This document shows, piece by piece, positions 50,401 through 64,000 of a stretch of DNA of 64,000 nt (within the stretch, counting starts at the first letter, position 1; each line of letters starts with the position of its first letter). The notes below the pieces were generated by a model. That model did not search any database. It was not told where the DNA came from and worked only from the letters and a program-made list of their open reading frames with translations. The stretch covers positions 1,426,001-1,490,000 of the forward strand of contig CM082590.2 of assembly GCA_040954595.2 (NCBI GenBank). Direction: 5' to 3'. The position numbers and the translations under genes were made by a program. The stretch is from Balanoglossus misakiensis. Lineage: Eukaryota; Animalia; Hemichordata.

Positions 50401-53400
50401 ATTATATTTTCCACTTTTTGTAAGTGAAGCCTGACTGTCGCCTGTCTTAGGTCACCACTTCATAAGCAGTCTTACCCGTCATTGGCACAAACAGTCTCAG
50501 GAAGTAATCTTTCAGCCTACCAATGTAGCTATTGTAATTTCCACTTTTTGTAAGTGAAGCCTGACTGTCGCCTGTCTTAGGTCACCACTTCATAAGCGGT
50601 CTTACCCGTCATTGGCACAAACAGTCTCAGGAAGTAAGCTTTCAGCCTACCAATGTAGCTATTTTATTTTCCACTTTTTGTAAGTGAAGCCTGACTGTCG
50701 CCTGTCTTAGGTCACCACTTCATAAGCGGTCTTACCCGTCATTGGCACAAACAGTCTCAGGAAGTAAGCTTTCAGCCTACCAATGTAGCTATTATATTTT
50801 CCACTTTTTGTAAGTGAAGCCTGATTGTCGCCTGTCTTAGGTCACCACATCATAAGCGGTCTTACCCGTCATTGGCACAAACAGTCTCAGGAAGTAAGCT
50901 TTCAGCCTACCAATGTAGCTATTGTATTTTCCACTTTTTGTAAGTGAAGCCTGACTGTCGCCTGTCTTAGGTCACCACTTCATAAGCGGTCTTACCCGTT
51001 ATTGGCACAAACAGTCTCAGGAAGTTATCTTTCAGCCTACCAATGTAGCTATTATATTTTCCACTTTTTGTAGGTGAAGCCTGACTGTCGCCTGTCTTAG
51101 GTCACCACTTCATAAGCGGTCTTACCCGTCATTGGCACAAACAGTCTCAGGAAGTAATCTTTCAGCCTACCAATGTAGCTATTATATTTTCCACTTTTTG
51201 TAAGTGAAGCCTGACTTTCGCCTGTCTTAGGTCACCACTTCATAAGCGGTCTTACCCGTCATTGGCACAAACAGTCTAAGGAAGTAAGCTTCAGCCTACC
51301 AATGTAGCTATTATATTTTCCACTTTTTGTAAGTGAAGCCTGACTGTCGCCTGTCTTAGGTCACCACTTCATAAGCGGTCTTACCCGTCATTGGCACAAA
51401 CAGTCTCAGGAAGTAAGCTTTCAGCCTACCAATGTAGCTATTGTATTTTCCACTTTTTGTAAGTGAAGCCTGATTGTCGCCTGTCTTAGGTCACCACTTC
51501 ATAAGCGGTCTTACCCGTCATTGGCACAAACAGTCTCAGGAAGTAAGCTTTCAGCCTACCAATGAAGCTATTGTATTTTCCACTTTTTGTAAGTGAAGCC
51601 TGACTGTCGCTTGTCTTAGGTCACCACTTCATAAGCGGTCTTACCCGTCATTGGCACAAACAGTCTCAGGAAGTAAGCTTTCAGCCTACCAATGTAGCTA
51701 TTGTATTTTCCACTTTTTGTAAGTGAAGCCTGCCTGTCGCCTGTCTTAGGTCACCACTTCATAAGCGGTCTTACCCGACATTGGCACAAACAGTCTCAGG
51801 AAGTAAGCTTTCAGCCTAATAATGTAGCTATTATATTTTCCACTTTTTGTAAGTGAAGCTTGATTGTCGCCTGTCTTAGGTCACCACATCATAAGCGGTC
51901 GTACCCGTCATTGGCACAAACAGTGTCAGGAAGTAAGCTTTCAGCCTACAAATGTAGCTATTATATTTTCCACTTTTTGTAAGTGAAGCCTGACTGTCGC
52001 CTGTCTTAGGTCACCACTTCATAAGCGGTCTTACCCGTCATTGGCACAAACAGTCTCAGGAAGTAAGCTTTCAGCCAACCAATGTAGCTATTGTATTTTC
52101 CACTTTTTGTAAGTGAAGCCTGACTGTCACCTGTCTTAGGTCACCACTTCATAAGAGGTCTTACCCGTCATTGTCACAAACAGTCTCAGGAAGTAAGCTT
52201 TCAGCCTACCAATGTAGCTATTATATTTCCCACTTTTTGTAAGTGAAGCCTGACTGTCGCCTGTCTTAGGTCACCACTTCATAAGAGGTCTTATCCGTCA
52301 TTGGCACAAACAGTCTCAGGAAGTAATCTTTCAGCCTACCAATGTAGCTATTGTATTTTCCACTTTTTGTAAGTGAAGCCTGACTGTCGCCTGTCTTAGG
52401 TCACCACTTCATAAGTGGTCTTACCCGTCATTGGCACAAACAGTGTCAGGAAGTAAGCTTTCCGCCAACCAATGTAGCTATTGTATTTTCCACTTTTTGT
52501 AAGTGAAGCCTGACTGTCTCCTGTCTTAGGTCACCACTTCATAAGCGGTCTTACCCGTCATTGGCACAAACAGTCTCAGGAAGTAAGCTTTCAGCCTACC
52601 AATTTAGCTATTGTATTTTCCACTTTTTGTAAGTGAAGCCTGACTGTCGCCTGTCTTAGGTTACCACTTCATAAGCGGTCTTACCAGTCATTGGCACAAA
52701 CAGTCGCAGGAAGTAAGCTTTCAGCCTACCAATGTAGCTATTATATTTTCCACTTTTTCTAAGTGAAGCCTGACTGTCGCCTGTCTTAGGTCACCACTTC
52801 ATAAGCGGTCTTACCCGTCATTGGCACAAACAGTCTCAGGAAGTAAGCTTTCAGCCTACCAATGTAGCTATTATATTTTCCACTTTTTGTAAGTGTAGCC
52901 TGACTGTCGCCTGTCTTAGGTCACCACTTCATAAGCGGTCTTACCCGTCATTGGCACAAACAGTCTCAGGAAGTAAGCTTTTAGCCTATTACATGGCACA
53001 AACAGTCTAAGGAAGTAAGCTTCAGCCTACCAATGTAGCTATTATATTTTCCACTTTTTGTAAGTGAAGCCTGACTGTCGCCTGTCTTAGGTCACCACTT
53101 CATAAGCGGTCTTACCCGTCATTGGCACAAACAGTCTCAGGAAGTAAGCTTTCAGCCTACCAATGTAGCTATTGTATTTTCCACTTTTTGTAAGTGAAGC
53201 CTGATTGTCGCCTGTCTTAGGTCACCACTTCATAAGCGGTCTTACCCGTCATTGGCACAAACAGTCTCAGGAAGTAAGCTTTCAGCCTACCAATGAAGCT
53301 ATTGTATTTTCCACTTTTTGTAAGTGAAGCCTGACTGTCGCTTGTCTTAGGTCACCACTTCATAAGCGGTCTTACCCGTCATTGGCACAAACAGTCTCAG

Positions 53401-56400
53401 GAAGTAAGCTTTCAGCCTACCAATGTAGCTATTGTATTTTCCACTTTTTGTAAGTGAAGCCTGCCTGTCGCCTGTCTTAGGTCACCACTTCATAAGCGGT
53501 CTTACCCGACATTGGCACAAACAGTCTCAGGAAGTAAGCTTTCAGCCTAATAATGTAGCTATTATATTTTCCACTTTTTGTAAGTGAAGCTTGATTGTCG
53601 CCTGTCTTAGGTCACCACATCATAAGCGGTCGTACCCGTCATTGGCACAAACAGTGTCAGGAAGTAAGCTTTCAGCCTACAAATGTAGCTATTATATTTT
53701 CCACTTTTTGTAAGTGAAGCCTGACTGTCGCCTGTCTTAGGTCACCACTTCATAAGCGGTCTTACCCGTCATTGGCACAAACAGTCTCAGGAAGTAAGCT
53801 TTCAGCCAACCAATGTAGCTATTGTATTTTCCACTTTTTGTAAGTGAAGCCTGACTGTCACCTGTCTTAGGTCACCACTTCATAAGAGGTCTTACCCGTC
53901 ATTGTCACAAACAGTCTCAGGAAGTAAGCTTTCAGCCTACCAATGTAGCTATTATATTTCCCACTTTTTGTAAGTGAAGCCTGACTGTCGCCTGTCTTAG
54001 GTCACCACTTCATAAGAGGTCTTATCCGTCATTGGCACAAACAGTCTCAGGAAGTAATCTTTCAGCCTACCAATGTAGCTATTGTATTTTCCACTTTTTG
54101 TAAGTGAAGCCTGACTGTCGCCTGTCTTAGGTCACCACTTCATAAGTGGTCTTACCCGTCATTGGCACAAACAGTGTCAGGAAGTAAGCTTTCCGCCAAC
54201 CAATGTAGCTATTGTATTTTCCACTTTTTGTAAGTGAAGCCTGACTGTCTCCTGTCTTAGGTCACCACTTCATAAGCGGTCTTACCCGTCATTGGCACAA
54301 ACAGTCTCAGGAAGTAAGCTTTCAGCCTACCAATTTAGCTATTGTATTTTCCACTTTTTGTAAGTGAAGCCTGACTGTCGCCTGTCTTAGGTTACCACTT
54401 CATAAGCGGTCTTACCAGTCATTGGCACAAACAGTCGCAGGAAGTAAGCTTTCAGCCTACCAATGTAGCTATTATATTTTCCACTTTTTCTAAGTGAAGC
54501 CTGACTGTCGCCTGTCTTAGGTCACCACTTCATAAGCGGTCTTACCCGTCATTGGCACAAACAGTCTCAGGAAGTAAGCTTTCAGCCTACCAATGTAGCT
54601 ATTATATTTTCCACTTTTTGTAAGTGAAGCCTGACTGTCGCCTGTCTTAGGTCACCACTTCATAAGTGGTCTTACCCGTCATTGGCACAAACAGTCTAAG
54701 GAAGTAAGCTTTTAGCCTACTACATGGCACAAACAGTCTAAGGAAGTAAGCTGTTAGCCTACCAATGTAGCTATTATATTTTCCACTTTTTGTAACTGAA
54801 GCCTGACTGTCACCTGTCTTAGGTCACCACTTCATAAGCGGTCTTACCCGTCATTGGCACAAACAGTCTCAGGAAGTAAGCTTTCAGCCTACCAATGTAG
54901 CTATTGTATTTTCCACTTTTTGTAAGTGAAGCCTGACTGTCGCCTGTCTTAGGTCACCACTTCATAAGTGGTCTTACCCGTCATTGGCACAAACAGTGTC
55001 AGGAAGTAAGCTTTCCGCCAACCAATGTAGCTATTGTATTTTCCACTTTTTGTAAGTGAAGCCTGACTGTCTCCTGTCTTAGGTCACCACTTCATAAGCG
55101 GTCTTACCCGTCATTGGCACAAACAGTCTCAGGAAGTAAGCTTTCAGCCTACCAATTTAGCTATTGTATTTTCCACTTTTTGTAAGTGAAGCCTGACTGT
55201 CGCCTGTCTTAGGTTACCACTTCATAAGCGGTCTTACCAGTCATTGGCACAAACAGTCGCAGGAAGTAAGCTTTCAGCCTACCAATGTAGCTATTATATT
55301 TTCCACTTTTTCTAAGTGAAGCCTGACTGTCGCCTGTCTTAGGTCACCACTTCATAAGCGGTCTTACCCGTCATTGGCACAAACAGTCTCAGGAAGTAAG
55401 CTTTCAGCCTACCAATGTAGCTATTATATTTTCCACTTTTTGTAAGTGTAGCCTGACTGTCGCCTGTCTTAGGTCACCACTTCATAAGCGGTCTTACCCG
55501 TCATTGGCACAAACAGTCTCAGGAAGTAAGCTTTTAGCCTATTACATGGCACAAACAGTCTAAGGAAGTAAGCTTCAGCCTACCAATGTAGCTATTATAT
55601 TTTCCACTTTTTGTAAGTGAAGCCTGACTGTCGCCTGTCTTAGGTCACCACTTCATAAGCGGTCTTACCCGTCATTGGCACAAACAGTCTCAGGAAGTAA
55701 GCTTTCAGCCTACCAATGTAGCTATTGTATTTTCCACTTTTTGTAAGTGAAGCCTGATTGTCGCCTGTCTTAGGTCACCACTTCATAAGCGGTCTTACCC
55801 GTCATTGGCACAAACAGTCTCAGGAAGTAAGCTTTCAGCCTACCAATGAAGCTATTGTATTTTCCACTTTTTGTAAGTGAAGCCTGACTGTCGCTTGTCT
55901 TAGGTCACCACTTCATAAGCGGTCTTACCCGTCATTGGCACAAACAGTCTCAGGAAGTAAGCTTTCAGCCTACCAATGTAGCTATTGTATTTTCCACTTT
56001 TTGTAAGTGAAGCCTGCCTGTCGCCTGTCTTAGGTCACCACTTCATAAGCGGTCTTACCCGACATTGGCACAAACAGTCTCAGGAAGTAAGCTTTCAGCC
56101 TAATAATGTAGCTATTATATTTTCCACTTTTTGTAAGTGAAGCTTGATTGTCGCCTGTCTTAGGTCACCACATCATAAGCGGTCGTACCCGTCATTGGCA
56201 CAAACAGTGTCAGGAAGTAAGCTTTCAGCCTACAAATGTAGCTATTATATTTTCCACTTTTTGTAAGTGAAGCCTGACTGTCGCCTGTCTTAGGTCACCA
56301 CTTCATAAGCGGTCTTACCCGTCATTGGCACAAACAGTCTCAGGAAGTAAGCTTTCAGCCAACCAATGTAGCTATTGTATTTTCCACTTTTTGTAAGTGA

Positions 56401-59400
56401 AGCCTGACTGTCACCTGTCTTAGGTCACCACTTCATAAGAGGTCTTACCCGTCATTGTCACAAACAGTCTCAGGAAGTAAGCTTTCAGCCTACCAATGTA
56501 GCTATTATATTTCCCACTTTTTGTAAGTGAAGCCTGACTGTCGCCTGTCTTAGGTCACCACTTCATAAGAGGTCTTATCCGTCATTGGCACAAACAGTCT
56601 CAGGAAGTAATCTTTCAGCCTACCAATGTAGCTATTGTATTTTCCACTTTTTGTAAGTGAAGCCTGACTGTCGCCTGTCTTAGGTCACCACTTCATAAGT
56701 GGTCTTACCCGTCATTGGCACAAACAGTGTCAGGAAGTAAGCTTTCCGCCAACCAATGTAGCTATTGTATTTTCCACTTTTTGTAAGTGAAGCCTGACTG
56801 TCTCCTGTCTTAGGTCACCACTTCATAAGCGGTCTTACCCGTCATTGGCACAAACAGTCTCAGGAAGTAAGCTTTCAGCCTACCAATTTAGCTATTGTAT
56901 TTTCCACTTTTTGTAAGTGAAGCCTGACTGTCGCCTGTCTTAGGTTACCACTTCATAAGCGGTCTTACCAGTCATTGGCACAAACAGTCGCAGGAAGTAA
57001 GCTTTCAGCCTACCAATGTAGCTATTATATTTTCCACTTTTTCTAAGTGAAGCCTGACTGTCGCCTGTCTTAGGTCACCACTTCATAAGCGGTCTTACCC
57101 GTCATTGGCACAAACAGTCTCAGGAAGTAAGCTTTCAGCCTACCAATGTAGCTATTATATTTTCCACTTTTTGTAAGTGAAGCCTGACTGTCGCCTGTCT
57201 TAGGTCACCACTTCATAAGTGGTCTTACCCGTCATTGGCACAAACAGTCTAAGGAAGTAAGCTTTTAGCCTACTACATGGCACAAACAGTCTAAGGAAGT
57301 AAGCTGTTAGCCTACCAATGTAGCTATTATATTTTCCAATTTTTGTAACTGAAGCCTGACTGTCACCTGTCTTAGGTCACCACTTCATAAGCGGTCTTAC
57401 CCGTCATTGGCACAAACAGTCTCAGGAAGTAAGCTTTCAGCCTACCAATGTAGCTATTATATTTTCCACTTTTTGTAAGTGAAGCCTGACTGTCGCCTGT
57501 CTTAGGTCACTACTTCATAAGCGGTCTTACCCGTCATTGGCACAAACAGTCTCAGGAAGTAAGCTTTCAGCCTACCAATGTAGCTATTGTATTTTCCACT
57601 TTTTGTAAGTGAAGCCTGCCTGTCGCCTGTCTTAGGTCACCACTTCATAAGCGGTCTTACCCGACATTGGCACAAACAGTCTCAGGAAGTAAGCTTTCAG
57701 CCTAATAATGTAGCTATTATATTTTCCACTTTTTGTAAGTGAAGCTTGATTGTCGCCTGTCTTAGGTCACCACATCATAAGCGGTCGTACCCGTCATTGG
57801 CACAAACAGTGTCAGGAAGTAAGCTTTCAGCCTACAAATGTAGCTATTATATTTTCCACTTTTTGTAAGTGAAGCCTGACTGTCGCCTGTCTTAGGTCAC
57901 CACTTCATAAGCGGTCTTACCCGTCATTGGCACAAACAGTCTCAGGAAGTAAGCTTTCAGCCAACCAATGTAGCTATTGTATTTTCCACTTTTTGTAAGT
58001 GAAGCCTGACTGTCACCTGTCTTAGGTCACCACTTCATAAGAGGTCTTACCCGTCATTGTCACAAACAGTCTCAGGAAGTAAGCTTTCAGCCTACCAATG
58101 TAGCTATTATATTTCCCACTTTTTGTAAGTGAAGCCTGACTGTCGCCTGTCTTAGGTCACCACTTCATAAGAGGTCTTATCCGTCATTGGCACAAACAGT
58201 CTCAGGAAGTAATCTTTCAGCCTACCAATGTAGCTATTGTATTTTCCACTTTTTGTAAGTGAAGCCTGACTGTCGCCTGTCTTAGGTCACCACTTCATAA
58301 GTGGTCTTACCCGTCATTGGCACAAACAGTGTCAGGAAGTAAGCTTTCCGCCAACCAATGTAGCTATTGTATTTTCCACTTTTTGTAAGTGAAGCCTGAC
58401 TGTCTCCTGTCTTAGGTCACCACTTCATAAGCGGTCTTACCCGTCATTGGCACAAACAGTCTCAGGAAGTAAGCTTTCAGCCTACCAATTTAGCTATTGT
58501 ATTTTCCACTTTTTGTAAGTGAAGCCTGACTGTCGCCTGTCTTAGGTTACCACTTCATAAGCGGTCTTACCAGTCATTGGCACAAACAGTCGCAGGAAGT
58601 AAGCTTTCAGCCTACCAATGTAGCTATTATATTTTCCACTTTTTCTAAGTGAAGCCTGACTGTCGCCTGTCTTAGGTCACCACTTCATAAGCGGTCTTAC
58701 CCGTCATTGGCACAAACAGTCTCAGGAAGTAAGCTTTCAGCCTACCAATGTAGCTATTATATTTTCCACTTTTTGTAAGTGAAGCCTGACTGTCGCCTGT
58801 CTTAGGTCACCACTTCATAAGTGGTCTTACCCGTCATTGGCACAAACAGTCTAAGGAAGTAAGCTTTTAGCCTACTACATGGCACAAACAGTCTAAGGAA
58901 GTAAGCTGTTAGCCTACCAATGTAGCTATTATATTTTCCACTTTTTGTAACTGAAGCCTGACTGTCACCTGTCTTAGGTCACCACTTCATAAGCGGTCTT
59001 ACCCGTCATTGGCACAAACAGTCTCAGGAAGTAAGCTTTCAGCCTACCAATGTAGCTATTATATTTTCCACTTTTTGTAAGTGAAGCCTGACTGTCGCCT
59101 GTCTTAGGTCACTACTTCATAAGCGGTCATACCCGTCATTGGCACAAACAGTCTCAGGAAGTAAGCTTTCAGCCTACCAATGTAGCTATTATATTTTCCA
59201 CTTTTTGTAAGTGAAGCCTGACTGTCGCCTGTCTTAGGTCACCACTTCATAAGCGGTCTTACCTGTCATTGGCACAAACAGTCTCAGGAAGTAAGCTTTC
59301 AGCCTACCAATGTACCTATTATATTTTCCACTTTTTGTAAGTGAAACCTGACTGTCGCCTGTCTTAGGTCACCACTTCATAAGCGGTCTTACCCGTCATT

Positions 59401-62400
59401 GGCACAAACAGTCTCAGGAAGTAAGCTTTCAGCCAACCAATGTAGCTATTGTATTTTCCACTTTTTATTAGTGAAGCCTGACTGTCGCCTGTCTTAGGTC
59501 ACCACTTCATAAGCGGTCTTACCCGTCATTGGCACAAACAGTCTCAGGAAGTAAGCTTTCAGCCTACCAATGTAGCTATTATATTTTCCACTTTTTGTAA
59601 GTGAAGCCTGACTGTCGCCTGTCTTAGGTCACCACTTCATAAGCGGTCTTACCCGTCATTGGCACAAACAGTCTAAGGAAGTAAGCTTTTAGCCTACTAC
59701 ATGGCACAAACAGCCTAAGGAAGTAAGCTTTTAGCCTACCAATGTAGCTATTATATTTTCCACTTTTTGTAACTGAAGCCTGACTGTCACCTGTCTTAGG
59801 TCACCACTTCATAAGCGGTCTTACCCGTCATTGGCACAAACAGTCTCAGAAAGTAAGCTTTCAGCCTACCAATGTAGCTATTATATTTTCCACTTTTTGT
59901 AAGTGAAGCCTGACTGTCGCCTGTCTTAGGTCACCACTTCATAAGCGGTCATACCCGTCATTGGCACAAACAGTCTCACGAAGTAAGCTTTCAGCCTACC
60001 AATGTAGCTATTATATTTTCCACTTTTTGTAAGTGAAGCCTGACTGTCGCCTGTCTTAGGTCACCACTTCATAAGCGGTCTTACCCGTCATTGGCACAAA
60101 CAGTCTCAGGAAGTAAGCTTTCAGCCTACCAATGTACCTATTATATTTTCCACTTTTTGTAAGTGAAACCTGACTGTCGCCTGTCTTAGGTCACCACTTC
60201 ATAAGCGGTCATACCCATCATTGGCACAAACAGTCTCAGGAAGTAAGCTTATAGCCTACCAATGTACCTATTATATTTTCCACTTTTTGTAAGTGAAACC
60301 TGACTGTCGCCTGTCTTAGGTCACCACTTCATAAGCGGTCTTACCCGTCATTGGCACAAACAGTCTCAGGAAGTAAGCTTTCAGCCAACCAATGTAGCTA
60401 TTGTATTTTCCACTTTTTATTAGTGAAGCCTGACTGTCGCCTGTCTTAGGTCACCACTTCATAAGCGGTCTTACCCGTCATTGGCACAAACAGTCTCAGG
60501 AAGTAAGCTTTCAGCCTACCAATGTAGCTATTATATTTTCCACTTTTTGTAAGTGAAGCCTGACTGTCGCCTGTCTTAGGTCACCACTTCATAAGCGGTC
60601 TTACCCGTCATTGGCACAAACAGTCTAAGGAAGTAAGCTTTTAGCCTACTACATGGCACAAACAGCCTAAGGAAGTAAGCTTTTAGCCTACCAATGTAGC
60701 TATTATATTTTCCACTTTTTGTAACTGAAGCCTGACTGTCACCTGTCTTAGGTCACCACTTCATAAGCGGTCTTACCCGTCATTGGCACAAACAGTCTCA
60801 GAAAGTAAGTTTTCAGCCTACCAATGTAGCTATTATATTTTCCACTTTTTGTAAGTGAAGCCTGACTGTCGCCTGTCTTAGGTCACCACTTCATAAGCGG
60901 TCTTACCCGTCATTGGCACAAACAGTCTCAGGAAGTAAGCTTTCAGCCTACCAATGTAGCTATTATATTTTCCACTTTTTGTAAGTGAAGCCTGACTGTC
61001 GCCTGTCTTAGGTCACCACTTCATAAGCGGTCATACCCGTCATTGGCACAAACAGTCTCAGGAAGTAAGCTTTCAGCCTACCAATGTAGCTATTATATTT
61101 TCCACTTTTTGTAAGTGAAGCCTGACTGTCGTCTGTCTTAGGTCACCACTTCATAAGCGGTCTTACCCGTCATTGGCACAAACAGTCTCAGGACGTAAGC
61201 TTTCAGCCTACCAATGTAGCTATTATATTTTCCACTTTTTGTAAGTGAAGCCTGACTGTCGCTTGTCTTAGGTCACCACTTCATAAGCGGTCTTACCCGT
61301 CATTGGCACAAACAGTCTCAGGAAGTAAGCTTTCAGCCTACCAATGTAGCTATTATATTTTCCACTTTTTGTAAGTGAAGCCTGACTGTCGCTTGTCTTA
61401 GGTCACCACTTCATAAGCGGTCTTACCCGTCATTGGCACAAACAGTCTCCGGAAGTAAGCTTTCAGCCTACCCATGTAGCTATTGTATTTTCCACTTTTT
61501 GTAAGTGAAGCCTGACTGTCGCCTGTCTTAGGTCACCACTTCATAAGCGGTCTTACCCGTCATTGGCACAAACAGTCTCAGGAAGTAAGCTTTCAGCCTA
61601 CCAATGTAGCTATTATATTTTCCACTTTTTGTAAGTGAAGCCTGACTGTCGCCTGTCTTAGGTCACCACTTCATAAGCGGTCATACCCGTCATTGGCACA
61701 AACAGTCTCAGGAAGTAAGCTTTCAGCCTACCAATGTAGCTATTATATTTTCCACTTTTTGTAAGTGAAGCCTGACTGTCGCCTGTCTTAGGTCACCACT
61801 TCATAAGCGGTCTTACCCGTCATTGGCACAAACAGTCTCAGGAAGTAAGCTTTCAGCCTACCATTGTAGCTATTATATTTTCCACTTTTTGTAAGTGAAG
61901 CCTGACTGTCGCCTGTCTTAGGTCACCACTTCATCAGCGGTCTTACCGTCATTGGCACAAACAGTCTCAGGAAGTAAGCTTTCAGCCTACCAATGTAGCT
62001 ATTAAATTTTCCACTTTTTGTAAGTGAAGCCTGACTGTCGCCTGTCTTAGGTCACCACTTCATAAGAGGTCTTACCCGTCATTGGCACAAACAATCTCAG
62101 GAAGTAAGGTTTCTTCCTACCAATGTAGCTATTATATTTTCCACTTTTTGTAAATGAAGCCTGACTGTCGCCTGTCTTAGGTCACCACTTTATAAGCGGT
62201 CTTACCCGTCATTGGCACAAACAGTCTCAGGAAGTAAGCTTTCAGCCTACCAATGTAGCTATTGTATTTTCCACTTTTTGTAAGTGAAGCCTGACTGTCG
62301 CCTGTCTTAGGTCACCACTTCATAAGCGGTCTTACCCGTCATTGGCACAAACAGTCTCAGGAAGTAAGCTTTCAGCCTACCAATGTAGCTATTGTATTTT

Positions 62401-64000
62401 CCACTTTTTGTAAGTGAAGCCTGACTGTCGCCTGTCTTAGGTTACCACTTCATAAGCGGTCTTACTCGTCATTGGCACAAATAGTCTAAGGAAGTAAGCT
62501 TTCAGCCTACCAATGTAGATATTATATTTTCCACTTTTTGTAAGTGAAGCCTGACTGTCGCCTGTCTTAGGTCACCACTTCATAAGCGGTCTTACCCGTC
62601 ATTGGCACAAACAGTCTCAGGAAGTAAGCTTTTAGCCTACCAAAGTAGCTATTATATTTTCCACTTTTTGTAAGTGAAGCCTGACTGTCGCCGGTCTTAG
62701 GTCACCACTTCATAAGCGGTCTTACCCGTCATTGGCACAAACAGTCTCAGGAAGTAAGCTTTCAGCCTACCAATGTAGCTATTGTATTTTCCACTTTTTG
62801 TAAGTGAAGCCTGACTGTCGCCTGTCTTAGGTCACCACTTCATAAGCGGTCTTACCCGTCATTGGCACAAACAGTCTCAGGAAGTAAGCTTTCAGCCTAC
62901 CAATGTAGCTATTGTATTTTCCACTTTTTGTAAGTGAAGCCTGACTGTCGCCTGTCTTAGGTTACCACTTCATAAGCGGTCTTACTCGTCATTGGCACAA
63001 ATAGTCTAAGGAAGTAAGCTTTCAGCCTACCAATTTAGATATTATATTTTCCACTTTTTGTAAGTGAAGCCTGACTGTCGCCTGTCTTAGGTCACCACTT
63101 CATAAGCGGTCTTACCCGTCATTGGCACAAACAGTCTCAGGAAGTAAGCTTTTAGCCTACCAAAGTAGCTATTATATTTTCCACTTTTTGTAAGTGAAGC
63201 CTGACTGTCGCCTGTCTTAGGTCACCACTTCATAAGCGGTCTTACCCGTCATTGGCACAAACAGTCTAAGGAAGTAAGCTTTTAGCCTACCAATGTAGCT
63301 ATTATATTTTCCACTTTTTGTAAGTGAAGCCTGACTGTCGCCTGTCTTAGGTCACCACTTCATAAGAGGTCTTACCCGTCATTGGCACAAACAGTCTCAG
63401 GAAGTAAGCTTTCAGCCTACCAATGTAGCTATTGTATTTTCCACTTTTTGTAAGTGAAGCCTGACTATCGCCTGTCTTAGGTCACCACTTTATAAGCGGT
63501 CTTACCCGTCATTGGCACAAACAGTCTCAGGAAGTAAGCTTTCAGCCTACCAATGTAGCTATTATATTTTCCACTTTTTGTAAGTGAAGCCTGACTGTCG
63601 CCTGTCTTAGGTCACCACTTCATAAGCGGTCTTACCCGTCATTGGCACAAACAGTATCAGGAAGTAAGCTTTCAGCCTACCAATGTAGCTATTATATTTT
63701 CCACTTTTTGTAAGTGAAGCCTGACTGTCGCCTGTCTTAGGTCACCACTTCATAAGCGGTCTTACCCGTCATTGGCACAAACAGTCTAAGGAAGTAAGCT
63801 TTTAGCCTACCAATGTAGCTATTATATTTTCCACTTTTTGTAACTGAAGCCTGACTGTCACCTGTCTTAGGTCACCACTTCATAAGCGGTCTTACCCGTC
63901 ATTGGCACAAACAGTCTCAGGAAGTAAGCTTTCAGCCTACCAATGTAGCTATTATATTTTCCACTTTTTGTAAGTGAAGCCTGCCTGTCGCCTGTCTTAG
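35492..64000. repeat. 130-bp satellite array, right block (~216-219 monomers, runs off the window)
   Basis: Same monomer and orientation as the left block. Includes nine ~172-bp variant monomers. Confidence 0.99.

Noticed and set aside
10065-64000. CRISPR-like array
   Set aside because: Contiguous 130-bp monomers with no unique spacers and no cas genes, in a eukaryotic context.
10065-64000. Hammerhead ribozyme in the satellite (- strand has GAAAGCTTA after a small stem-loop; about ten monomers read CTGATGA)
   Set aside because: The consensus reads CTTATGA, and I could not build helices I and II in canonical geometry. A covariance-model search would settle it.

Overview
Eukaryotic, animal-like genomic DNA; no prokaryotic genes, rRNA/tRNA or CRISPR were seen. 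(1) 1-10 kb is the 3' part of a + strand C2H2 zinc-finger gene. It has a probable 105-bp exon present twice through a 505-bp tandem duplication, and a terminal exon of 16 near-identical 84-bp fingers cut by a TAA after finger 8. It sits among many non-autonomous DNA transposons (two AcademH-like MITEs with 9-bp TSDs, Helentron/HINE-like and hAT-like elements, and a 1.5-kb TIR element). (2) From ~10065 to the window end runs a 130-bp satellite array (about 370 monomers) with higher-order structure. (3) The array is split at one TA by a 5672-bp element with CACTA termini, 18-bp perfect TIRs and a TA duplication. No transposase ORF is visible in it. It carries a BEN-domain gene whose C-terminal helix is cut off by a nested ~390-bp palindromic insertion. 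Family and domain calls come from visual motif recognition, not database searches.
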